A stretch of DNA of 32,000 nucleotides, taken from positions 1 through 32,000 of the forward strand of contig JAVEVB010000034.1 in assembly GCA_034005265.1 (NCBI GenBank). Direction: 5' to 3'. Under the pieces are notes generated by a model. It was not told the origin of the DNA and did no database searches. It saw only the letters and a list, made by a program, of their open reading frames with translations. Both the position numbers and the translations under genes were made by a program. How positions within the stretch are numbered: position 1 is the first letter of the stretch; each line of letters begins with the position of its first letter. Source of the stretch: Lentimicrobium sp. (GTDB taxonomy: Bacteria > Bacteroidota > Bacteroidia > Bacteroidales > Lentimicrobiaceae). This document shows, in pieces, positions 24,901 through 32,000 of the stretch.

Positions 24901-25536
24901 ATGAAGAACCTTACCTTATTCGTAACCCTGCTTTTACTTACAGGCACCATACCGTTTGCTTCTGGCCAAACGCGCGACGAAGCCATTCGGATGCATAACC
25001 AGGAGATAACCGCCTCCCGAAGCCTCAAAAATGCACAATTCAGTCAGCAGGAGGCATCGCCCCTTTCAGAAGCACAATTAGAGCACTTTGAAGGCCTGGA
25101 TTATTTCCCTGTGAGCATTGACTTCCGCACAGAAGGTATTTTTGCAGCCCTGGAAACTCCCAAAACGGAGCAATTGGCAACAACCTCAGACAGCAAAATC
25201 AGCCTTAATAAAGTAGGAAAAGTTACCTTTAATCTTCAGGGGAAATCCTATTCGCTTGATGTTTATGAAAACAACAATCTTCCGGAATTCGGCGATAGCC
25301 AGCAATTGTTTATCCCTTTCAGCGATGCAACCAACGGCAGCGAAACCACAGCCCGTGGACGTTACCTTCCGGTTACACTACCTGCAGGAGGAGAAAAGAT
25401 GGTGCTTGATTTCAACCAGGCCATCAATCCGTTCTTTGCTTACGGAGATCAGTTTTCATCCATCATCCCTCCGCAAACCAATGCTATGGGCGGCGGTGTA
25501 CCGTCGGGCGAGCGGAAGTTTGAGGACAGGAAGTAA
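24901..25536 (+). CDS. DUF1684 domain-containing secreted protein
   Basis: It has a signal peptide. LFIPFSDATNGSETTARGRYLPV and LDFNQAINPFFAY match the DUF1684 pattern from memory. Confidence 0.75.
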   Translation: MKNLTLFVTLLLLTGTIPFASGQTRDEAIRMHNQEITASRSLKNAQFSQQEASPLSEAQLEHFEGLDYFPVSIDFRTEGIFAALETPKTEQLATTSDSKISLNKVGKVTFNLQGKSYSLDVYENNNLPEFGDSQQLFIPFSDATNGSETTARGRYLPVTLPAGGEKMVLDFNQAINPFFAYGDQFSSIIPPQTNAMGGGVPSGERKFEDRK

Positions 25537-25541
25537 ACGCT

Positions 25542-25569
25542 GGATTTCAGATTTCAGATTGCAGTTGCA
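25542..25569 (+). repeat. GATTTCA-type heptamers immediately 3' of the stop codon
   Basis: The sequence ggatttcagatttcagattgcagttgca has a near-identical motif at 27324-27345. Confidence 0.7.
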
Positions 25570-25724
25570 AAATAAAGAATTACACAAGAACTCATAGGCG
25601 CGGAGAAACGCTGAATAGTTGGATTGCAGCATTCAGTTTTCTGACCAGTCCAACAGACCAAATCATTATTTTCAGGAGTACGTGCGTTGGTTTGGCGGGT
25701 TGTGGTCCCGATGGCTCCGGGATA

Positions 25725-25756
25725 AGAAACCTGATAGCCGGCAGGCTGGTTATAAA
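25725..25756. repeat. Dispersed 32-nt element AGAAACCTG..AGCCGGCAGGCTGGTTATAAA with a GC hairpin (copy 1)
   Basis: The second copy at 27463-27494 has 2 mismatches. The stem (C)CAGCC/GGCTGG has loop GGCA. Confidence 0.75.
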
Positions 25757-25762
25757 TGAGTT

Positions 25763-25909
25763 TTGTGCAACTTCAATTCTGTTCCCTTCAATATTTGTGA
25801 AGTAAAAGAAAAGTCCGCCAAATGGTGGTTCTGTTGGCTATTTCAAGATTTTCACTTTGTCTTTCAGCTGGTCATAAAGTGCTGACACTTCTTCTTTGCT
25901 GTCAACATT
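25763..25909 (-). pseudogene. 3' remnant of a VOC (glyoxalase/bleomycin-resistance) family gene with an in-frame TAG
   Basis: The minus-strand translation reads VDSKEEVSALYDQLKDKVKILK*PTEPPFGGLFFYFTNIEGNRIEVAQ. This resembles a VOC C-terminal beta-alpha-beta module (DPxGNxIE). The N-terminal half is absent and there is no start codon. Confidence 0.4.
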
Positions 25910-25931
25910 TTAGCCAATTTCTGTTTCCATT

Positions 25932-26465
25932 CTATCTTTTTCGCTTGTAATGCAATTGTGTTAAACCTGTGTCAAATGACTTTGCACTCACAAATTCAAG
26001 TTGTTGTTCGGGTCTGTTATCTTTGAATAATCTTGTCCCCTTACCAACCAAAATCGGTATAACTGAAATTATAAATTCGTCTATCAAGTCATGTTGCAAG
26101 AGTTCATTTATAATTTCGGCACCACCATCACAATAAATGTTTTTCCCATCTGCAGATTTTAGTTGTTGAACCAAGGCTGTTAAGTTTCCTGCATAAAAAG
26201 TAGTTCTGCCAACTTTTGGTCTTTTAGTTCGTGTTATTACATAAACATCACATTGTCCGTTGTCGTAATGAGAGGAACCAACTTCTTTAAGCACATAATC
26301 ATAGGTCTTTCTCCCAAGAATTATGGTATCAATGTTTGCCGTAAATGCTGTATAACCATAGTCTTCCCCTTCTTTTTCAACTGTTTTCAGAAAACTCAGG
26401 TCGTCATTAGGTTTTGCAATATATCCGTCTAAGCTTGTCGCTATGAAAAGTGATAATTTTCGCAT
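25932..26465 (-). CDS. Dihydrofolate reductase family protein (RibD C-terminal domain type)
   Basis: MRKLSLFIATSLDGYIAKPNDDLSFL, ILGRKTYD and IDEFIISVIPILVGKGTRLF are present. I chose the ATG at 26465 because the upstream 39 codons look non-coding. Confidence 0.8.
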   Translation of the reverse strand: MRKLSLFIATSLDGYIAKPNDDLSFLKTVEKEGEDYGYTAFTANIDTIILGRKTYDYVLKEVGSSHYDNGQCDVYVITRTKRPKVGRTTFYAGNLTALVQQLKSADGKNIYCDGGAEIINELLQHDLIDEFIISVIPILVGKGTRLFKDNRPEQQLEFVSAKSFDTGLTQLHYKRKR

Positions 26466-26867
26466 TGTTACTGTTTTTTTATTTATCTGTTTTGTGCTGT
26501 TGTGTCGTCTTTTAAGCTGCCGTATAACGGTTGGGGCTAAGCGCTTAGGGGCACTTTTATAAACTAAAAGAATCCCTGACAATCCCTTAATGTGCTGGCG
26601 GAACCAGGCGTTATGAGTGCAGTAGAAGTGGCTTTGTGAGCCGAAGTGCTTTCAGGTTTCGCCTGAAAGTTCAGCTAAAAAACATTGAAAAGGATGTTTT
26701 TGTTGCAGGGAGGGAATATGGGCAAAGTTTACTCGGTTTTCATTGGCTTGTTTTGGTTTTCCTGTGTATTGATGATTAGAGTTTATCTATTATCGGAATT
26801 GGTAGTGGGGTTTTCGTAGAAACATTATACATTCGCATTAATATTAACCGGAAACAATAAACCAATA

Positions 26868-27320
26868 ATGACCCCTTCCGATATTTCAAAAGGATCTCCC
26901 GATCAGGCCCTTAATGCCTTCAAATCAGGTTATAACTGCGCCCAGTCTGTGGTTAAGGCGTATGCCGAAGTATTTGGGTTTGATGAAGATCAGGCCTTAG
27001 CCTTGTCCAGTGGATTTGGGGGAGGTATGGGCGGCATGCAGGGAGCCTGCGGCGCGGTTACCGGTGCCTACATGGTGTTGGGCATGTTCTGTGCTGCAAA
27101 ATACAAGGACAATCATGAGCGTAAGGCATGCTCCGGGGCTTTTGTTCGTGAGTTTCACCGACAGTTCACAGCTATGCATCAAACCGATGAGTGCCGTGTT
27201 CTACTATGCCAGGACAGTTCGGTAAAGGCCGGGGAACGGGCGAAACTGCATCTGTCGGTGTGCGATGGCTATATTGTTGATGCAGTAGAAATTATTAATG
27301 GCTTGTTGGAGGCGTATTGA
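26868..27320 (+). CDS. C_GCAxxG_C_C family protein
   Basis: The spaced-Cys pattern of the family is present: GYNCAQSVVKAY, GGGMGGMQGACGAVTGAYMVLG, ECRVLLC and VCDGYI. Confidence 0.8.
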   Translation: MTPSDISKGSPDQALNAFKSGYNCAQSVVKAYAEVFGFDEDQALALSSGFGGGMGGMQGACGAVTGAYMVLGMFCAAKYKDNHERKACSGAFVREFHRQFTAMHQTDECRVLLCQDSSVKAGERAKLHLSVCDGYIVDAVEIINGLLEAY

Positions 27321-27386
27321 TTTCGGATTTCAGATTTCGGATTAGAGAATTCGGAAGTCAGATGTTTGAAGTCAGAAATCAGAAAT
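27321..27386 (+). repeat. Low-complexity heptamer-like tract (GATTTCR, then AGTCAGA/AATCAGA) starting at the first base after the stop
   Basis: Direct reading gives tttcggatttcagatttcggattagag...gaagtcagaaatcagaaat. Confidence 0.7.
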
Positions 27387-27453
27387 ATTCCTTGCGTTCC
27401 TGTATGCGCGCCCGCTGAAGGTTGGATTTTATCAGTTTTGCAGCCATGAGAGT

Positions 27454-27494
27454 TTAGAAATTAGAAACCTGCCAGCCGGCAGGCTGGTTATAAA
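27454..27494. repeat. TTAGAAA heptamers followed by copy 2 of the 32-nt hairpin element
   Basis: Direct reading shows it lies between convergent genes. Confidence 0.75.
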
Positions 27495-27503
27495 GTTCCC
27501 TCC

Positions 27504-28241
27504 CTACTTCTTCAACGATGCCTTCGTAAAAATATACTCCGGAATTTTGGCATCAAACTTCATTTCAGTTACCACAAAATCGGTACCCTTACCCTCTTTC
27601 AGCATGTCTTTATAGTTCATTCTGGTAGGATACCAGCGGCTTCCGAATTGTTTAACCTCGCTCATTACCACTTTTTTGAGCAATTGTCCGCTTTTGGCGA
27701 AAAGTTCTTCTTTAAGGGGAATAAACCGCTCCTGGTCCACCCAGGTTTTGCGTTTTTCGTAGGTGGCATCGTCCACTTTTGCAATCATCTCCAATATCCA
27801 GGTTTTGCGGCCATCAATGGTCTCTTCGCCGATAATTCTGGCATTGTATATTTCCGTCATTTTACGGTCTTCCATCATATCTTCATACGAAAGGTCAGAA
27901 CCCATAACCGATTGCCTGAGCATGTGGCCCGACAGTTGAATGGTGCGGTCGGTGGAAGGGGAATAAATCCACAAGCGGTCTTCGAGTTTGAGCATTTTGG
28001 TGCCTTTTTCACGCTCAGGCGACAGGTATTCGGTAAAGGATTTATCATTACCCTCACCGTATCCTTTTGCCGTAATGGTACGACTGTTGCGCCGTCCGTG
28101 AATAACCATCGCTGAAGTAGAAATCAAGGTTTTGGATGTCATATTGGCATCCACTTTATTCAGTATGGTAGAGGCATCCGGGGTACCCTGGGGCATATAC
28201 AACATGCCGGAAATCAATGCAAATGAAATTAGAGCCTTCAT
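27504..28241 (-). CDS. Outer-membrane lipoprotein-sorting (LolA-like) protein
   Basis: It has a signal peptide. TEYLSPEREKGTKMLKLEDRLWIYSPSTDRTIQLSGHMLRQSVMGSDLSYEDM is typical of the LolA-like family that accompanies FtsX-type permeases. Confidence 0.8.
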   Translation of the reverse strand: MKALISFALISGMLYMPQGTPDASTILNKVDANMTSKTLISTSAMVIHGRRNSRTITAKGYGEGNDKSFTEYLSPEREKGTKMLKLEDRLWIYSPSTDRTIQLSGHMLRQSVMGSDLSYEDMMEDRKMTEIYNARIIGEETIDGRKTWILEMIAKVDDATYEKRKTWVDQERFIPLKEELFAKSGQLLKKVVMSEVKQFGSRWYPTRMNYKDMLKEGKGTDFVVTEMKFDAKIPEYIFTKASLKK

Positions 28242-28244
28242 GGT

Positions 28245-29159
28245 TTAAATTGTTTGGTATTTGAATTTAGTTAAATCTTCTGCGACCTGCCACAAGCGAT
28301 TTGCTTCGCCAAAATTTTCCGAGCGTTCGGTCCCTCTCACTTTTACCGGATCGCCCTTCCATTCCTGCCAGCCTCCGGGCCCTATGTAATCACCACCATT
28401 AATGTCAGCACCAAGGGCTGCATACAGCGTAGGCCTGGCTCCGTCCTCAGGCGACTGCACCATCATTAATCGGATCAGGCCACCAAAAATGGCGGTTACA
28501 AACCGGGGCACATGCTTGAACAAGTTGGTATCCGACATGCCGGGATGTGCGGCTACAGAAAGCACCTTGCTGTCCGCCTTATTCAGCCGTCGCTGTAACT
28601 CTTTGGAAAACATCAGGCAGGCAAGCTTACTCTGGCTGTAGGCGGCGAAAGCAGAATACTTCTTACTGAACTGCAAGTCATTAAAATGGATTTTCCCGTT
28701 TTTATGTGCATTGCTGCTCAATGAAACCACCCGCGAACCGGGTTTATTTTCAAGCAGGGGAAGCAGCAGTCCGGTCAACAGAAAATGCCCCAGAAAATTC
28801 ACCCCCAACTGGCTTTCAAAACCATCTTCCGTTACTTCAAAAGGTGGAATCATAATTCCGGCGTTGTTGATAAGCAAATCCAGTCCATCATATTTTTTAT
28901 GGTATTCTTCCGAAAAAGCATGCACCGAACTGAGTTTGCTCAGATCGAGATGCATCAGTTCCAGACTGGCTGCGGGCACGTGCCGGAAAATTTCCTCGCA
29001 GGCTTTTTTACCTTTCTCCAGGTTGCGGCAGGCCATCACTACCTTTATACCTGCTTTGCTTAAGGCCAGTGTTGTTTGAAAACCCAGCCCATCATTGGCA
29101 CCGGTTACTATGGCTATTCTATCGTTCTGGGTTGGTATTTCGTTGATGTTAAAGCTCAT
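28245..29159 (-). CDS. Short-chain dehydrogenase/reductase (SDR), retinol-dehydrogenase-like
   Basis: It has IAIVTGANDGLGFQT (TGxxxGxG), NNAG and YSQSK (YxxxK). Confidence 0.9.
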   Translation of the reverse strand: MSFNINEIPTQNDRIAIVTGANDGLGFQTTLALSKAGIKVVMACRNLEKGKKACEEIFRHVPAASLELMHLDLSKLSSVHAFSEEYHKKYDGLDLLINNAGIMIPPFEVTEDGFESQLGVNFLGHFLLTGLLLPLLENKPGSRVVSLSSNAHKNGKIHFNDLQFSKKYSAFAAYSQSKLACLMFSKELQRRLNKADSKVLSVAAHPGMSDTNLFKHVPRFVTAIFGGLIRLMMVQSPEDGARPTLYAALGADINGGDYIGPGGWQEWKGDPVKVRGTERSENFGEANRLWQVAEDLTKFKYQTI

Positions 29160-29441
29160 TTGGATTGGGGTTTATTTTTTTATTAATGTGATTAAAGACA
29201 AAATTTCTAAGGTGCACGCGTCAGGAAACGCGCGCAAGCTCATCCTGCTAAATAAGCCAATATAAGTCGAAAAATTTATCTCGAAACAAAGGGAACCGAA
29301 AAATTTCATTATTAAATCATTATTAAAACTTTTTTAAAAAAAACTTTGCACGCCATTGAGTCATTGCACCTGCCTGCGTGCGCAAGCAGGCGGGTCCTTG
29401 CGTGAGATTTTTTTCAACAAGCCTGAGCGCCTTCGTGGCAA

Positions 29442-30716
29442 TCACACCTCCAGTTCCTTGAACAACGTAGCCGTTTCGCGCTTGTAAATCCCAATGCCCG
29501 AAAGCATATTCCCCAGCACCATGGCGAACAGTCCGGGGATAAACCCGATATAAAACAGGCTGGGAGTAACCCGTGACCTCATCACCGTTGGCATCATCAT
29601 ACTTGAATCGGCCATCATATCACCAATATTCAGGCCATGAACCTGTAAATAGAACGTAAGGACCAGTCCAAGAATGGTACCCGTAACCGAACCAATCACA
29701 CCAATCAACACCGCCTCAAGCACCATGGACCGGTAAATGTGTCCTTTGTCTTCGCCCAGTGCCAGCCTGATGCCATACTCCTGGTAGCGTCGCAAACCGC
29801 CCAGCAAACCGGTGTTCCAGAGAACCAACGACATGGCAATAACAAATATCAACACAAAGAGTGCGGAAAAGGTATCCACATAATCCAGGTAGCTGGCCAG
29901 GTTGTTTTGTTCACGCAGCGGCTGCATTACCGGGGCAAATTCATCATCGGAGGCTGCATAGCGTTGATTGAATCTTTCGCTGATTTGCTGCGCCTTTTCA
30001 TCCACATATACGCCCTCGTTCAGAAAACCAAGCAGTTCACCGGCACCATCCTGCATGTCCAGCATTTGCTGCGCATCCGAAATGTCAATAATAATGGCAC
30101 CTTTATCCATAGACGATGCCCCGAATTTCACCATCCCACTGATGGTAAAGGTCATAAAGGTCATGCTGCCATTCATGGTTGAGCCCACATAGGTTACCTG
30201 ATCGCCAATACCTATTTTTAGTTTTTCGGCAAAATCGTTGCCGATAATGGCTTCACCGGGTTGGCTGGGAATCTGCCCCCCTTTCAGGGAGGCTTCTATG
30301 TTGAGCCGTTCGATTTCTCCGCTGTTTTTGTTGAAGAGTTCCAGCGCCATACCTGAAGCAGGGCCTTGTCCACGGGTTTCTCCAACGGAATCGGGCACAT
30401 CAAGCAGTCCGCCGAAGCGGATGCGTTTTACCCAATGCACATCTGGAAAATCCTCACGCAGTGTATCTATGATTTCATCCACCCCAAGCAATGCCAGATC
30501 GTTGGGCAACTGATCTTTGTCTTTGGCATAGGCGCGGCTCATCACTTTTACATGACCAGTATCAAAACGGGCATTCTGATCAATGAGGTCGCCCATAATG
30601 CCTTTAAGAAACCCGCTCAGCATGAGGGTTAGGGTTACCCCAATGGTAATGATGATGATGGGCAATAAACTGCGGTTTTTATCCCTCAGGATTCCGCGAA
30701 ACAAAAATTTTATCAT
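29442..30716 (-). CDS. ABC transporter permease, FtsX/MacB/LolE-like
   Basis: An N-terminal TM segment and a large periplasmic domain are followed by a C-terminal 3-TM FtsX module. Confidence 0.85.
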   Translation of the reverse strand: MIKFLFRGILRDKNRSLLPIIIITIGVTLTLMLSGFLKGIMGDLIDQNARFDTGHVKVMSRAYAKDKDQLPNDLALLGVDEIIDTLREDFPDVHWVKRIRFGGLLDVPDSVGETRGQGPASGMALELFNKNSGEIERLNIEASLKGGQIPSQPGEAIIGNDFAEKLKIGIGDQVTYVGSTMNGSMTFMTFTISGMVKFGASSMDKGAIIIDISDAQQMLDMQDGAGELLGFLNEGVYVDEKAQQISERFNQRYAASDDEFAPVMQPLREQNNLASYLDYVDTFSALFVLIFVIAMSLVLWNTGLLGGLRRYQEYGIRLALGEDKGHIYRSMVLEAVLIGVIGSVTGTILGLVLTFYLQVHGLNIGDMMADSSMMMPTVMRSRVTPSLFYIGFIPGLFAMVLGNMLSGIGIYKRETATLFKELEV

Positions 30717-31870
30717 AACATTTTTCCTTTTAAAGCATTAACGGGATTCATATTTGCAATTTTGCGGGCAGGTAAAAAGCTTACCAGCGTTGCAGAAACC
30801 AACAACAGGATTACAGTACCACTTACCAACCAGAAACCAAAGATGGGATAAATGGTGTTGGCCATGGTAATCCCCAATTCATCTGCTCCTTTAAAGAGAC
30901 TGATTCCCCGCGTGGCGGTCAGGATAAAGATGGGCGATCCGATCAGGCCTCCGACCACCATAGCAAAGAGACTGTACATGGCTCCTTCAACGGTGAAGAG
31001 TCCAAGTACTTGTTTTCGGGTCATGCCCAGGGCGATGTAGGTGCCAATTTCGCGCTGCCGGCGGAAGATGGAAAGTACCTGGGTGTCGAAAATGGCCAGC
31101 AAAGCAAAGCCAAGCAGCACCAGGTAAATGATGGCTGAAGTAGCTCTCTCCATATTAACGGCAGCCCTGAGGTCGGACAAAAGAAATTCTGTATCGCTGA
31201 AGGTCCAGTTTTCCAGTGCCTTGTTTTCATATCCGGAATTTGCCACAAAATAGGAAGCCTCATTGGTCAATCCGGTCATCTGCCACAGCTTGCCGATGGG
31301 CAACCACAACTGACCGTTATCCACCGTGGCCGGGTTGGTATTGAATATGCCTGCTATGGTAACATTTGCCGCATCAAAGGTGCCGTTTTTATCACGCCAG
31401 CGAAGCAGCACCTGGTCGCCCTCTTCAAGATTGGCCGCCAAAGCAAAGCGCTTCCCGATAAGGGCTGGGATAGCTGCCTTACTTTCGGCAAGCAGATGGG
31501 TGGGCAGTTTTAAATTTTGCTGACTGGCTTTGATTCCTTTAATGATCACCGGCATCAACCGGCCATCAGGATATAAAGTGGCCTGCCTGATAAGCACCGG
31601 GGTGAGGTTCTGCGCCTCGGTTTCGGCCAGAATACCATGGCCATCCATATAAGTGAACGGGTCCTGAGGATCAAAATCATTGTTTAGCAGCTGCCCTTGT
31701 CCGAACTCCCAGTTCATGCTATCCTCTTCAGCCTGGTTTTGCCAACCATTGATAAATCCATTGTAAAAAATAATGAAAATAAAAGTGAAGGCCAGCACCG
31801 TAACATTTAACCAGGTACGAAGTCCGGCTTTTATTAGATTTTTGAATGCCAGTCTGAAGGCCAATTTCAT
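30713..31870 (-). CDS. ABC transporter permease, FtsX/MacB/LolE-like
   Basis: It has the same architecture and overlaps the downstream permease by 4 nt (ATGA). Confidence 0.85.
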   Translation of the reverse strand: MKLAFRLAFKNLIKAGLRTWLNVTVLAFTFIFIIFYNGFINGWQNQAEEDSMNWEFGQGQLLNNDFDPQDPFTYMDGHGILAETEAQNLTPVLIRQATLYPDGRLMPVIIKGIKASQQNLKLPTHLLAESKAAIPALIGKRFALAANLEEGDQVLLRWRDKNGTFDAANVTIAGIFNTNPATVDNGQLWLPIGKLWQMTGLTNEASYFVANSGYENKALENWTFSDTEFLLSDLRAAVNMERATSAIIYLVLLGFALLAIFDTQVLSIFRRQREIGTYIALGMTRKQVLGLFTVEGAMYSLFAMVVGGLIGSPIFILTATRGISLFKGADELGITMANTIYPIFGFWLVSGTVILLLVSATLVSFLPARKIANMNPVNALKGKML

Positions 31871-31959
31871 TGATTAATTCTTTTGATTTTAAAGGTCAGG
31901 TGCAGCAACTTGCACTGCACTAACTGGTTGTTTCACGCAAAATCGCCAATAGCTCCGGT

Positions 31960-32000
31960 TTATTGCAGTTTCCCTTTCAGCGCTGCAACCGGGTTCATTC
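31960..32000 (-). CDS. 3' end of a further FtsX-like permease (partial, runs off the window)
   Basis: The minus-strand reading ...MNPVAALKGKLQ* parallels the C-terminus ...MNPVNALKGKML* of the 30713-31870 product. Confidence 0.4.
   Translation of the reverse strand, partial: MNPVAALKGKLQ

Noticed and set aside
26466-26582. 39-codon N-terminal extension of the DHFR-family ORF
   Set aside because: The family normally starts at MRKL(S/I)LF.... The extension is basic, low-complexity sequence with no homology signal. The ATG at 26465 is preferred.
29368-29413. GC hairpins followed by TTTTTTT that resemble an intrinsic terminator
   Set aside because: The hairpins are CCTGCCTGC/GCAGGCGGG and CGCAAG/CTTGCG. 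The T-run follows the hairpin only on the + strand, whereas both neighbouring genes are on the minus strand. On the minus strand no U-tract follows the stem, so it is not called as a terminator.

Overview
The window is most likely from a Bacteroidota genome: starts are preceded by A-rich leaders with no Shine-Dalgarno sequence, TAnnTTTG motifs are present, and the gene families fit. No search was run, so every product call rests on motif recognition from memory. Positions 1-22622 form one co-directional (+) surface-polysaccharide locus. It encodes an FnlC/Cap5G-like 2-epimerase, Wzx, a pyruvyl transferase, one GT2 and three GT4 transferases, Wzy, two hexapeptide acetyltransferases, a PglC-like initiating transferase and a DegT-type aminotransferase. 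A DUF362 + ATP-grasp pair and a FemAB-like + exosortase-like pair also sit in the locus. The core at 2801-12670 is visibly AT-rich (about 35% G+C by eye, against about 50% in the flanks), tightly packed and free of repeats. The main finding is that four non-glycan guest genes lie in the same orientation, each flanked on both sides by its own tandem-repeat family. They are RhuM, a GxxExxY nuclease-like protein, a four-helix-bundle '23S IVS' protein and an AAA+/DUF4143 ATPase. Their repeats are G-free 7-mers, a 26-mer, inverted and direct AAAGACC blocks with a 53-bp direct repeat, and a 42-nt hairpin unit. No integrase or transposase is present. Positions 22767-32000 are ordinary: a TPR-adenylate cyclase, DUF1684, a RibD-C/DHFR-family protein, a C_GCAxxG_C_C protein, an SDR, and a LolA-like protein with FtsX-type permeases. 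That region also carries a VOC-family gene remnant and more dispersed short repeats.
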